Assembly: GCA_958369225.1 (NCBI GenBank)
Contig: CATXID010000001.1
Span: 597,295 to 629,294, forward strand
DNA length: 32,000 nucleotides
Direction: 5' to 3'
Source of the DNA: an uncultured Collinsella sp.
GTDB taxonomy: Bacteria > Actinomycetota > Coriobacteriia > Coriobacteriales > Coriobacteriaceae
Part shown: piece after piece, positions 1-8,099 of the stretch
Layout of the letters: each line of letters begins with the position of its first letter
Numbering within the stretch: position 1 is the first letter of the stretch
Made by a program: the position numbers and the translations under genes
The notes under the pieces: model-generated
What the model was told of the DNA's origin: nothing
What the model saw: the letters and a program-made list of their open reading frames with translations, nothing else
Databases searched by the model: none

Positions 1-1877
1 CCGCACAGATCATGTTTAGGCAGGTCTTCGAAAACGCCAAGGTGACGGTTGGCAAAAACGTTTTTGACGTTGAGGAATATCTGGACGACACCCGTTTTAA
101 CAGCGCGTCGGGGCTGGCGCTGCGCGTTATTTCTGGTGTGGATGGCGCCCCGATCCCTTCGCGCGAGGACCTGCTCCTTAGCTCTAGCAGGGGAGAGGCC
201 ATTGTGGCGCTCGATGCCCAGCAGGATTATTACGACTGTCTGTATCAGTCGGCATGTATTGAGCAGTATCTCAATAGCCGTCAGGCAGACAATCACAGCG
301 AAGTGGTGGCTTCGATCTTGCGTGGTAAGCAGCAAGAGCGTGTCGCTCTGGATAAGCGTGCCGAGGACCTTATGCGCCAGGCGGTGCTGCATGGAACGTT
401 CTATATCTACGGCAGTGAGTATTCGCCAGTCAAATCGGCGTCTGCCAAGAATATGATCGAGGACTGCGTACGCCAGCTTGTTTCCGTTACGTACAACAAG
501 TTGTCGCTTATTGATAAAAACTACGACAGTGATGTGCAGATCAAGCAAATTCTAACCGCTTACACTCCGGCAATGAATGGGCAAGAGCCTAACGCTGGGG
601 CCATCGAAGCGGTTATGCGCCTGCTGGAAGCTCGCGTTGCCCAACATATGCAGGTAACAATGGGTGAGCTGCTCGAGACGTACCATGCGAAGCCTTATGG
701 TTGGGCGGAAATTGACATTGCCGCCGTGGTTGCAACGCTGCTAGCGCAAAAGCGTGCTCGCCTGCTCTGCGCGGGACAAGCGATTGATCTTAGGGATTCC
801 AAGATCATCGATTATCTGCGAAAGGCTGCTAAGGCACGACAGGCTGTTGTTGAGGCGCGCCAGCAGCTTTCTCGGGCTTCCATATCCAAGGCGCGACAGG
901 CCGTAGAAGAACTGGGCGGCAATCATACTTTGCCGCTCGAAGAGGACAGTCTTGCCGAAGCATGCCGTAAGGAGCTTGAGGGGCGCCGCGACGGCTTAAC
1001 GGGTCTTCTTTCGGTCGAGTACCTGCGTAACCCCGATTACCCGGGCTACAAAGAGGTCGTGGATGCAAAGAACCTTATCGAGAGCGTATTGCAGAGTGGC
1101 CGCGATGCCGTCGATCTAATTGCGGCAATCGCTGGAAAAGAGAACGAGCTGCGGGATACGGCTGAAGATCTCGAAGACATTGACGAGTTTTTCGGGAGCA
1201 AGGTGACCGTATTCGACAGTGCCTGCGAGATATTCAAGCAAATAGAGAGCGAGCGCGATTACTTTGAGGGCTCCTCGGAAACGCTGAATGCACTTTCTGT
1301 CATCAGGGAAGCAGTTAAGAAACCAAGTCTGAGCCTGCAGTTCCAAAAGCTATCCGAGGCAAACCTAAAGGTGAGAGCTGCCTACAAGGAGCTTTTGGAC
1401 CAAAAGCGTATCGCCATGCTCAATTCTGTCGAGGAGCGCTATAAGGATATCGAAGCGTATGCCCAAAACAAGGGCGTTGCGCTGACGCGCATTGGGGAGG
1501 CGCATAGTGCTCGAAAAGATGAGGTACACAATGCAGCGACGCTGACCGCCCTGGATGCTGTGCCCGTCAAGCTCGATCGTGCTCAGACGACCCTGTACAA
1601 AATGATTGACGATGCCTATGAAGAGGCGAATCGTCCCAAACCGGCAAATACGAGCGTGACGGTAACGACTGATTATTCGGGGGCCACTGCGCCAGGCCTG
1701 CCGAATAAGCCCCAATCTGCACCGGCACCTAGGCGACGTGTTAAATCGGTGAGTCGCAGCATGGTGTTTAGGCCGCTGGAGCTGAGCTCGCAACAGCAGA
1801 TTGATGACTATTTGGATGCCGCGCGCAAAGAGCTACTGCGAAGCCTTGAGGGTAATGACGCCATCCGTTTGGGCTAA
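1..1877 (+). CDS. brxC: C-terminal ~620 aa of a large protein whose 5' end is off-window. Its position directly upstream of pglX fits the BREX ATPase BrxC/PglY.
   Basis: The frame is open from the first bases of the window, with no stop before the ATG at 12. It ends at TAA 1875-1877, 9 nt before the pglX start. The visible part is long and helical with no catalytic motif; the P-loop part would lie upstream. The assignment rests on brxC-pglX synteny only. Confidence 0.55.
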   Translation, partial: AQIMFRQVFENAKVTVGKNVFDVEEYLDDTRFNSASGLALRVISGVDGAPIPSREDLLLSSSRGEAIVALDAQQDYYDCLYQSACIEQYLNSRQADNHSEVVASILRGKQQERVALDKRAEDLMRQAVLHGTFYIYGSEYSPVKSASAKNMIEDCVRQLVSVTYNKLSLIDKNYDSDVQIKQILTAYTPAMNGQEPNAGAIEAVMRLLEARVAQHMQVTMGELLETYHAKPYGWAEIDIAAVVATLLAQKRARLLCAGQAIDLRDSKIIDYLRKAAKARQAVVEARQQLSRASISKARQAVEELGGNHTLPLEEDSLAEACRKELEGRRDGLTGLLSVEYLRNPDYPGYKEVVDAKNLIESVLQSGRDAVDLIAAIAGKENELRDTAEDLEDIDEFFGSKVTVFDSACEIFKQIESERDYFEGSSETLNALSVIREAVKKPSLSLQFQKLSEANLKVRAAYKELLDQKRIAMLNSVEERYKDIEAYAQNKGVALTRIGEAHSARKDEVHNAATLTALDAVPVKLDRAQTTLYKMIDDAYEEANRPKPANTSVTVTTDYSGATAPGLPNKPQSAPAPRRRVKSVSRSMVFRPLELSSQQQIDDYLDAARKELLRSLEGNDAIRLG

Positions 1878-1886
1878 GGGAGAAAC

Positions 1887-4436
1887 ATGGATACGAAAGA
1901 GCTCGAAAAGTTTTGCCCTTGGGCGCGCATCCGTTTAATTGACGAGGTTCGTCAGCGTTGCTATGCCTACGGGCTCGACGATGCGGGGCGTGAAGAATTC
2001 GATCGCGATGCAACCATCGTTAAGGGCACGGTGCTCTCTGCGCTCGAGCGTTCACAACGTTCGGAGCTGTATCGCCGCATAGAGCATGGCGGCTATGCGC
2101 ACTTTTGCGAGGAAATGGCCTACACCTGGTTCAATCGCTTCGCTGCAATACGCTATATGGAAGTACGAGGCTATCTGCCTTGTGGCGTCCGCATGCTAAG
2201 TTCATATTGCGAAACCTCGGGGTACGATAGATTTTCGCCAGACTGCTTGCGTATGCCGACGGAGCTTGATCTGCCGGGCTTAGAGCGCGATCGCGTGTTT
2301 GACCTTGTCGCTGCGGCAGATGATGAGGCGCTGTTCCGTCTTATTTTGGTGGCGCAGATGAACGAGCTCGCCGAGTGCCTGCCCGACATCTTTGGCCGCG
2401 TGGGCACGGCGGATGCGTTACTGCTTCCGACAAGGCTTTTGGACTGCGGCGAAGAAGGTGTACTGTGCGCTCTAGTCGAACGGGTTAAGCGAAGCACGTG
2501 GGAAAACGTTGAGTCCTTGGGCTGGATGTATCAGTTCTACAATTCCGAGGTCAAAGACGCATTCTTTAAATCTAAGGCCAAGGAGACGCCGGACACCATT
2601 GGTCCGGCAACACAGCTATTTACGCCCAGCTGGATTGTGCGCTACATGGTGCAGAATTCCTTGGGGCGCTTGTGGATGCTGAACAATCCGGGAAGTCCCC
2701 TGCGCGACGACATGGAGTACTACATCGAGCCCGATACGGAGCACGAGGACTTCATTAAAATCGAGGGCCCCGAGGATATTTCGCTGTGTGATCCGGCTTG
2801 CGGATCGGGTCACATTCTCGTTTACGCTTTTGAGCTTTTGGCAAAGATGTATTTAGAGCGCGAATACCGCATGCGCGATGTCCCCGGACTCATTCTGTCC
2901 AAGAACCTTCATGGTATGGAAATTGACCCTCGCGCCGCCCAGATTGCGGGGTTGGCGCTGGCTATGTGTGCCCGAGAGATGGATAGACGTTTCTTTAACC
3001 GTGGAGTTCAGGCGGATATTGCCGTGCTCGAGCCGGTTATGCTGGAGGAGGATGACATTCCGCACGGCGCCGCGCTTGCCAAGAAGAAGGACCTCATCGA
3101 TGCTCTATCGCATCTGGGCGAGGTCGGCTCGCTGCTCGCTCCAAGTGAGGGCGACCTTGCCGCACTGCGTGAGACGATCGAGCTCACCGGCACCGATGGT
3201 CTGTTTGACGGTAGTTCTAAAAACAAACTGGAATGTGCCCTTAAGACCTGCGAGATCCTCGCTCGCCGCCACGACTGCGTGGTGGCCAACCCGCCCTACA
3301 TGGGAAGCTCTAGCTTCGGCTCCTTCATGTCTAAGTGGGTCAAGAAGAACTACCCCGACGTGAAGAGCGATTTGTTCTCCAGCTTTGTCGTCCGCATGTT
3401 CAATCTCGCCAAAGACCACGGCGAGTGTGGCGTCATGTCGCCCTTCGTCTGGATGTTCATCGGAAGCTACGAGAAGCTCCGCAACGAGATTATCGACAAC
3501 AGAACGCTGACTTCTCTCATCCAGCTCGAGTACTCGGGTTTCGCTGGTGCGACTGTGCCCATCTGTACCTACACGTTCCACAATTCATTCATCAAGGGCT
3601 ACAAGGGCGGCTATGTGCGCCTTTCGGACTTCGTTGGAGCTTCCGGTCAGGCCCCGAAGGCCCTCGAGGCGATCCGAAATCCCGACTGCGGCTGGTTCTA
3701 CCGTCGCGACGCCGAGACCTTCAAACAGATCCCCGGCACTCCCATAGCCTACTGGGCTAGCGACGCGCTTCTGGATGCGTTTGAAAACGCAAAGCAACTC
3801 AGTGAGTACGGAAAACCGCGTCAAGGGCTTGCTACTGGTGAAAACGCTCGTTTCGTTCGCGAGTGGTGGGAAGTCGATGGTTGTAAGAGCGCCTACTCCT
3901 GTGGGTCTATTCAAGAGTCGATTGAAAGCGCTTGTAAATGGTTCCCCTACAACAAGGGTGGCGATTTCCGTAAATGGTACGGAAATAATAGCGCAGTTGT
4001 TAACTGGGAGAATGACGGATGGGAGATTCGTAATTACAAAGACCAGAATGGTAAATTGCTTTCCAGGCCACAGAATACAAACTGCTTCTTTAGTCCATCG
4101 ATTACCTGGTCGAAGATTTCGAGTGGGTCTATTGCATTTCGCTTTAAGCCTGCTGGCCATGTGTTTGATGTGGCGGGTACAAGCGTTTTTAGCGATCAGA
4201 AATCACTCAAGTATCTTCAGGGAGCGTGCAACAGTTCTGTGATTATGCGCGTCGCGAGCATGCTTTCGCCGACACTCAATTTCGAGGTAGGCCAAATCGC
4301 AACCTACCCGATTATTCAGAACGAAGAGCAGGAGCCGTTGGTCAACAATATGGTTGACTCGTGCCGCAAACTATCAAAAACCGACTGGGACTCGTTTGAA
4401 ACCTCCTGGGATTTCAAACGTAATCCTTTGGTGTAG
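1887..4436 (+). CDS. pglX: BREX N6-adenine DNA methyltransferase PglX, N-terminal 849-aa part (N-terminal helical region, SAM-binding and catalytic domain, and the following domain)
   Basis: SD AAGGGAG precedes ATG 1887. The N-terminal signature EMAYTWFNRFAAIRYMEVRGYLP is typical of PglX and type IIG enzymes. SAM motif I DPACGSGH lies at 2790-2813 and catalytic NPPY (VVANPPYMG) at 3288-3299. The ORF ends ...DWDSFETSWDFKRNPLV at TAG 4434-4436, about 320 aa short of a full-length ~1200-aa PglX. Confidence 0.9.
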   Translation: MDTKELEKFCPWARIRLIDEVRQRCYAYGLDDAGREEFDRDATIVKGTVLSALERSQRSELYRRIEHGGYAHFCEEMAYTWFNRFAAIRYMEVRGYLPCGVRMLSSYCETSGYDRFSPDCLRMPTELDLPGLERDRVFDLVAAADDEALFRLILVAQMNELAECLPDIFGRVGTADALLLPTRLLDCGEEGVLCALVERVKRSTWENVESLGWMYQFYNSEVKDAFFKSKAKETPDTIGPATQLFTPSWIVRYMVQNSLGRLWMLNNPGSPLRDDMEYYIEPDTEHEDFIKIEGPEDISLCDPACGSGHILVYAFELLAKMYLEREYRMRDVPGLILSKNLHGMEIDPRAAQIAGLALAMCAREMDRRFFNRGVQADIAVLEPVMLEEDDIPHGAALAKKKDLIDALSHLGEVGSLLAPSEGDLAALRETIELTGTDGLFDGSSKNKLECALKTCEILARRHDCVVANPPYMGSSSFGSFMSKWVKKNYPDVKSDLFSSFVVRMFNLAKDHGECGVMSPFVWMFIGSYEKLRNEIIDNRTLTSLIQLEYSGFAGATVPICTYTFHNSFIKGYKGGYVRLSDFVGASGQAPKALEAIRNPDCGWFYRRDAETFKQIPGTPIAYWASDALLDAFENAKQLSEYGKPRQGLATGENARFVREWWEVDGCKSAYSCGSIQESIESACKWFPYNKGGDFRKWYGNNSAVVNWENDGWEIRNYKDQNGKLLSRPQNTNCFFSPSITWSKISSGSIAFRFKPAGHVFDVAGTSVFSDQKSLKYLQGACNSSVIMRVASMLSPTLNFEVGQIATYPIIQNEEQEPLVNNMVDSCRKLSKTDWDSFETSWDFKRNPLV

Positions 4437-4964
4437 GTGGTCGCAGTGGGACCTGTAACAATCGATGGTGCAAACTATTACTCATCTCAAGATGTCGCTG
4501 AGCTGTGGGGCGTTAAAGAGGCTACGATCAGGAGATATGCAGAGCCGAAGTCCGGCAAAATTCCTGATTGTATTAAACGTGGCAAATACTGGTATATCCC
4601 CGTAACCGCAATTCGGCCGATTACAAAACCAGTGGCGCAGGGCTTGCTGTGGGGCATCATAGGCGTAAAGAATGACCCTTCTTCCTTTTTAGATTTAAGC
4701 GCGGAAGGAATTGACAATTCTTTACTGGACACCGTTCTTAATGAGCTGCATCGGCAGAATTATTTACTCGTGGACTTTGCTATCGATGATCTTCACGAAA
4801 GACTTGTCCAAGCACGAATTACAGTCAAAGGATTTGAGTTAGTTCGTTATAGGAAGCGTTTCAAAGAGAATTCTCTCGAAGATTTTGATCCTGCCGACGC
4901 TATATCCATTGCTCTGTCTGCCGTTCAAACAGTTATGCAGTTAGCTCAATTCTTTCAGGGATGA
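4437..4964 (+). CDS. Small helix-turn-helix protein (excisionase/MerR-like HTH_17-type N-terminus plus an uncharacterised helical C-terminus), encoded inside the pglX split
   Basis: The N-terminus YYSSQDVAELWGVKEATIRRYAE...GKIPDCIKRGKYWYIP matches the Xis/MerR-like HTH pattern (helix-turn-helix followed by a G-K-x-W/Y-x-I/F wing). There is no internal ATG, so the start must be GTG 4437 or GTG 4446; the latter has AGGTGG 5 nt upstream. The sequence is visibly more AT-rich than its flanks. Confidence 0.7.
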   Translation: MVAVGPVTIDGANYYSSQDVAELWGVKEATIRRYAEPKSGKIPDCIKRGKYWYIPVTAIRPITKPVAQGLLWGIIGVKNDPSSFLDLSAEGIDNSLLDTVLNELHRQNYLLVDFAIDDLHERLVQARITVKGFELVRYRKRFKENSLEDFDPADAISIALSAVQTVMQLAQFFQG

Positions 4965-5138
4965 CGAAACCGACTTTATGACGAGCGGGGCGTGGGCGTG
5001 ATGAGTGATAGCTGGTCGTACTCCTTACATCTTTCTCGCTTTAATAAACGGCTTCATTTGTTGTTACTTCGGCTACTCTGCCGTATCAAAATGTCGCCAC
5101 TTGAGCTGAATTACGGCTCGATTAGATTGGGTGTAAAC

Positions 5139-6107
5139 ATGTCAACACTACTCGCCGATAAATACGAGGCTCGCAAGGCCGAGGTCAATGCTCGCTTTGA
5201 GCAGCTTCGCGCTAACGAGGAGGAGCTCAACCGAATCTTTGCCAAGATCTACAACATGGAGGGCGAGGTGCCCATCGAGGTCGAGGATAAGTACGTGTCG
5301 GTGGCACGCATCTTCGACACCGCCGACGAGATCCCCGAGAGCTATAAGGGCAACAAGTATGTGCGCACCAAGCGCGACGAGATCACCTCGCTCATGAGCT
5401 ATGCCGTGGGCTGCATGTTCGGCCGCTATTCGCTGGACGTGGACGGTCTGGTTCTGGCCGACCAGGGTGCCACGGTCTCTGACTATCTGGCCAAGATGCC
5501 CGATCCCGAGAATGTGACCTTTATGCCAGATAGCGACAACGTGCTGCCTATCACCGATGACGAATACTTTGACGACGACATCGTGCGTTACTTTATCGAC
5601 TTTGTGCGCACCGTGTATGGCGAGGAGACGCTCGAGCAGAACCTGGCCTTTATTGCCGAGGCGCTCGGCGGCAAAGGCACCTCGCGCGAGGTAATTCGCA
5701 CCTACTTTTTGAAGGACTTCTTTAAGGACCACTGCCAGACCTATAAGAAGCGCCCTATTTATTGGCTGTTCGATTCGGGCAAGAAGGGCGGCTTTAGGGC
5801 GTTGGTCTACATGTATCGCTATCGCCCTGATTTGTTGGCGCTGATTCGTACGGGTTATATCCATCCTCAGCAAGAACGTTACCGCAATCGGCTGATGTGG
5901 ATTGCCGACCAGATGGAGGTAAGCGACAGCCGTGATCGTGCTCGTCTTGCTAAGGAACAAAAGCGCATAAGCGACCAAGCTGCCGAGCTCGTGAGCTACG
6001 AGGAGAAGGTCCATCACCTTGCAGACCAAATGATTGAGATTGATTTGGATGACGGCGCTAAGGTTAATTACGCCAAGTTCCAGGACGTCCTCGCCAAAAT
6101 CAAATAG
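5139..6107 (+). CDS. pglX: PglX C-terminal fragment (322 aa)
   Basis: EELNRIFAKIYNMEGEV...EVEDKYVSV and KKRPIYWLFDSGKKGGFRALVYMYRY are the conserved C-terminal blocks of BREX PglX. It is in the same reading frame as 1887-4436. 849 + 322 aa adds up to about a full-length PglX. Recognisable homology starts at the ATG at 5139; the frame is open back to 4965, but that stretch looks non-coding. Confidence 0.85.
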   Translation: MSTLLADKYEARKAEVNARFEQLRANEEELNRIFAKIYNMEGEVPIEVEDKYVSVARIFDTADEIPESYKGNKYVRTKRDEITSLMSYAVGCMFGRYSLDVDGLVLADQGATVSDYLAKMPDPENVTFMPDSDNVLPITDDEYFDDDIVRYFIDFVRTVYGEETLEQNLAFIAEALGGKGTSREVIRTYFLKDFFKDHCQTYKKRPIYWLFDSGKKGGFRALVYMYRYRPDLLALIRTGYIHPQQERYRNRLMWIADQMEVSDSRDRARLAKEQKRISDQAAELVSYEEKVHHLADQMIEIDLDDGAKVNYAKFQDVLAKIK

Positions 6108-6139
6108 CCGTCTGCGTGCTAGAAGTCGAAAGAGCCGCT

Positions 6140-8095
6140 ATGGGATCATTGGTAAACAACAATCAGATCATTCGAATCGATAGCAATCTTCTGCTCGATC
6201 CAGCCATGTGCGATGCGTACATGGACGGTTCCTACCTATGCTTGACCCCCAATGAGTTCAACATCTTGTTTTGTATGGCTCAAAAACCGGGTCATGCATT
6301 TTCTCGCCAAGAGCTGTTTGTTGCGGCATTTGGCCACGATGACCCTAAGTCGCATCGAGTGCTCGATAGCCATATCAAGAACATTCGCAAGAAACTGAAA
6401 GAAGATGCCCGCAACGCTCGTTGGCTTAAGGGCGTTCACGGTTATGGCTATCGTCTCGATTTTGCTCCGGGATTTGAGCCTGAGGTGTGCGTTGGTGAGG
6501 GCGGGCGTGTATTTCGTTCTGCGCATGGCGACCGTGTGCTTGTCGTTGATTCTGAGAACCGTATTGTTCAGCTCGATGGCGAGGAACTCGCGCTTACGCC
6601 AATTGAATATAGTGTCTTGAATGCACTTACGACTAGGTCAAGCGTTGAGATTTCAAATGAGGAACTGTCGCAGATCTCGATGGGCGTTGGCTTCGCCGAA
6701 TCGAATAGAGCTCTAGCTTCGCATGTTAAAAACCTCCGTAAGAAACTGGGAGATGAGGTAAAGAATCCCCTGTGGATTAAAACGGTGCATGGTTTTGGCT
6801 ATCGGTTTTTGGGTGCCGAAGAAACTCCCGAGCCGCATGAAGAGCAAATACTAGATGACACCCTAGTCGAGCTTTCCGAGCAGCTGCAAATGGCGTTTGA
6901 GGCAACGTCCGGTTCCATTCTTTTGTGGCATGACGTTGGGGGCGCGTATGCGGATGTCGTCGGACAGCTTTTGTTGCCCGATGATGTCGTGTTGATTCGC
7001 GAGGATGCTGCTAACAAATTTGAGACCATCCGAGCCATTAACGAACTCGGTTTTGACGAGCGAGCGCTATTCTATCGGTCGTCACCGTGCGTTGTCGATG
7101 CAAATGACTGGTTTGCAGACGTTGAAGCAAGCGCCGAGAGCTTTGTCCCTGAGGCGCATGTTGAGGCGATTGAGACACGAGAAGTCGTCGCCGATGTCGA
7201 TGAATGCGGGCCGGCCGCGGCAGCTCCGCGCGCTGCTGTGGCTGAAGACGTACATCCCCAGCCGTTCCATGGCGAGCATGTTGATACCGGATCTGAAGGC
7301 GTCATGGCCAGTGAGCCAACTCTTCCCAAGCTTGATGAGGATTGGTATCTGCTTTCCCAGTTTGCGGAGCTGGCGGGATGCTCGCCCGACGAAACGCTCA
7401 AGCTGGAATTGTTTGCCTATCAAACGGGGTTCGCGCTTTACGCTGACTGCGCCTGCAGAGGTAGGGGTGTAAGCCAGACAGATTTCTACCTGTCTTTGAT
7501 GCATGGAGCTATCGTCGAGCACGATAGCCTGCCTCAATCCATGTTGAACTGTATGTCCTTTAAAAACATGGTCTATCGAGCCATTAGGTCGGGCGACTTG
7601 CTTGACTACGATGAGTCGAGCTGGATTACGCGCGATGGTCTTAATGAGCTTGATATTAGGGATGCCGATTTGCGCAGCTTTGCTTTGGATGCTATCGAGC
7701 GTGGCGCTGATGACGGCACGCCGTACTTTACCGTGCCGTGGCTTAGGCGCTGCGCATCCGATTTGCCCTTACTCGAGTATGGTCTATCCGATGCATTTTA
7801 CGAAAGCGCCCTCTTGTCGCAGGAGGACTTGTTGGGCCACGGAAACCTTGTGGGCATTAAGCTCTTTGCGCCACGCGGCCATTCCATGAAGGGCCGTGAT
7901 TTTATCCAGGCGGTGGTGGCGCGCGAGATATCGATCGATATCGACGATCTTGTCGGCTTGCTTTCGGAAGAGTACGGCGTAGTGGTTCCGCGTGCACAGC
8001 TCATCCAGATAATTCGTAAGTCGGACTTGTTTTATTCAAGCGCTAGCGAGCGCGTATTTGTTAGCCATGACCAGTTTGTACTAGAAGTGGAGTAA
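6140..8095 (+). CDS. Multidomain protein: two tandem OmpR/PhoB-type winged-helix DNA-binding domains, a PglZ-N-terminal-like domain, an acidic linker and an unknown ~260-aa C-terminal domain
   Basis: wHTH 1 spans ~6167-6463 (LTPNEFNILFCMAQKPGHAFSRQEL...HIKNIRKKL...GYGYRL). wHTH 2 spans ~6536-6814 (LTPIEYSVLNAL...HVKNLRKKL...GFGYRF). There is no receiver domain. Residues encoded at ~6863-7153 parallel the first ~100 aa of the PglZ encoded at 11220 (ILLWHD / IVVWHD, LFYR / LIYR, DWFADVEA / DWLADVEA). ATG 6140 has GAAAGAG upstream; GTG 6116 is an alternative start. Confidence 0.8.
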   Translation: MGSLVNNNQIIRIDSNLLLDPAMCDAYMDGSYLCLTPNEFNILFCMAQKPGHAFSRQELFVAAFGHDDPKSHRVLDSHIKNIRKKLKEDARNARWLKGVHGYGYRLDFAPGFEPEVCVGEGGRVFRSAHGDRVLVVDSENRIVQLDGEELALTPIEYSVLNALTTRSSVEISNEELSQISMGVGFAESNRALASHVKNLRKKLGDEVKNPLWIKTVHGFGYRFLGAEETPEPHEEQILDDTLVELSEQLQMAFEATSGSILLWHDVGGAYADVVGQLLLPDDVVLIREDAANKFETIRAINELGFDERALFYRSSPCVVDANDWFADVEASAESFVPEAHVEAIETREVVADVDECGPAAAAPRAAVAEDVHPQPFHGEHVDTGSEGVMASEPTLPKLDEDWYLLSQFAELAGCSPDETLKLELFAYQTGFALYADCACRGRGVSQTDFYLSLMHGAIVEHDSLPQSMLNCMSFKNMVYRAIRSGDLLDYDESSWITRDGLNELDIRDADLRSFALDAIERGADDGTPYFTVPWLRRCASDLPLLEYGLSDAFYESALLSQEDLLGHGNLVGIKLFAPRGHSMKGRDFIQAVVAREISIDIDDLVGLLSEEYGVVVPRAQLIQIIRKSDLFYSSASERVFVSHDQFVLEVE

Positions 8096-8099
8096 GACA

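Noticed and set aside
4430-5131. The GGTGTA hexamer at both insert junctions might be a target-site duplication of a mobile element.
   Set aside because: Six nucleotides is too short to be significant. There are no terminal inverted repeats and no transposase. I kept it only as a note within the insert finding.
4992-5138. An upstream in-frame extension that would give the PglX C-fragment a 371-aa product starting at GTG 4992.
   Set aside because: The extra 49 residues (MGVMSDSWSYSLHLSRFNKRLHLLLLRLLCRIK...) are low-complexity and AT-rich and show no PglX similarity. Homology begins at the ATG at 5139. The open frame itself is still reported as a finding.
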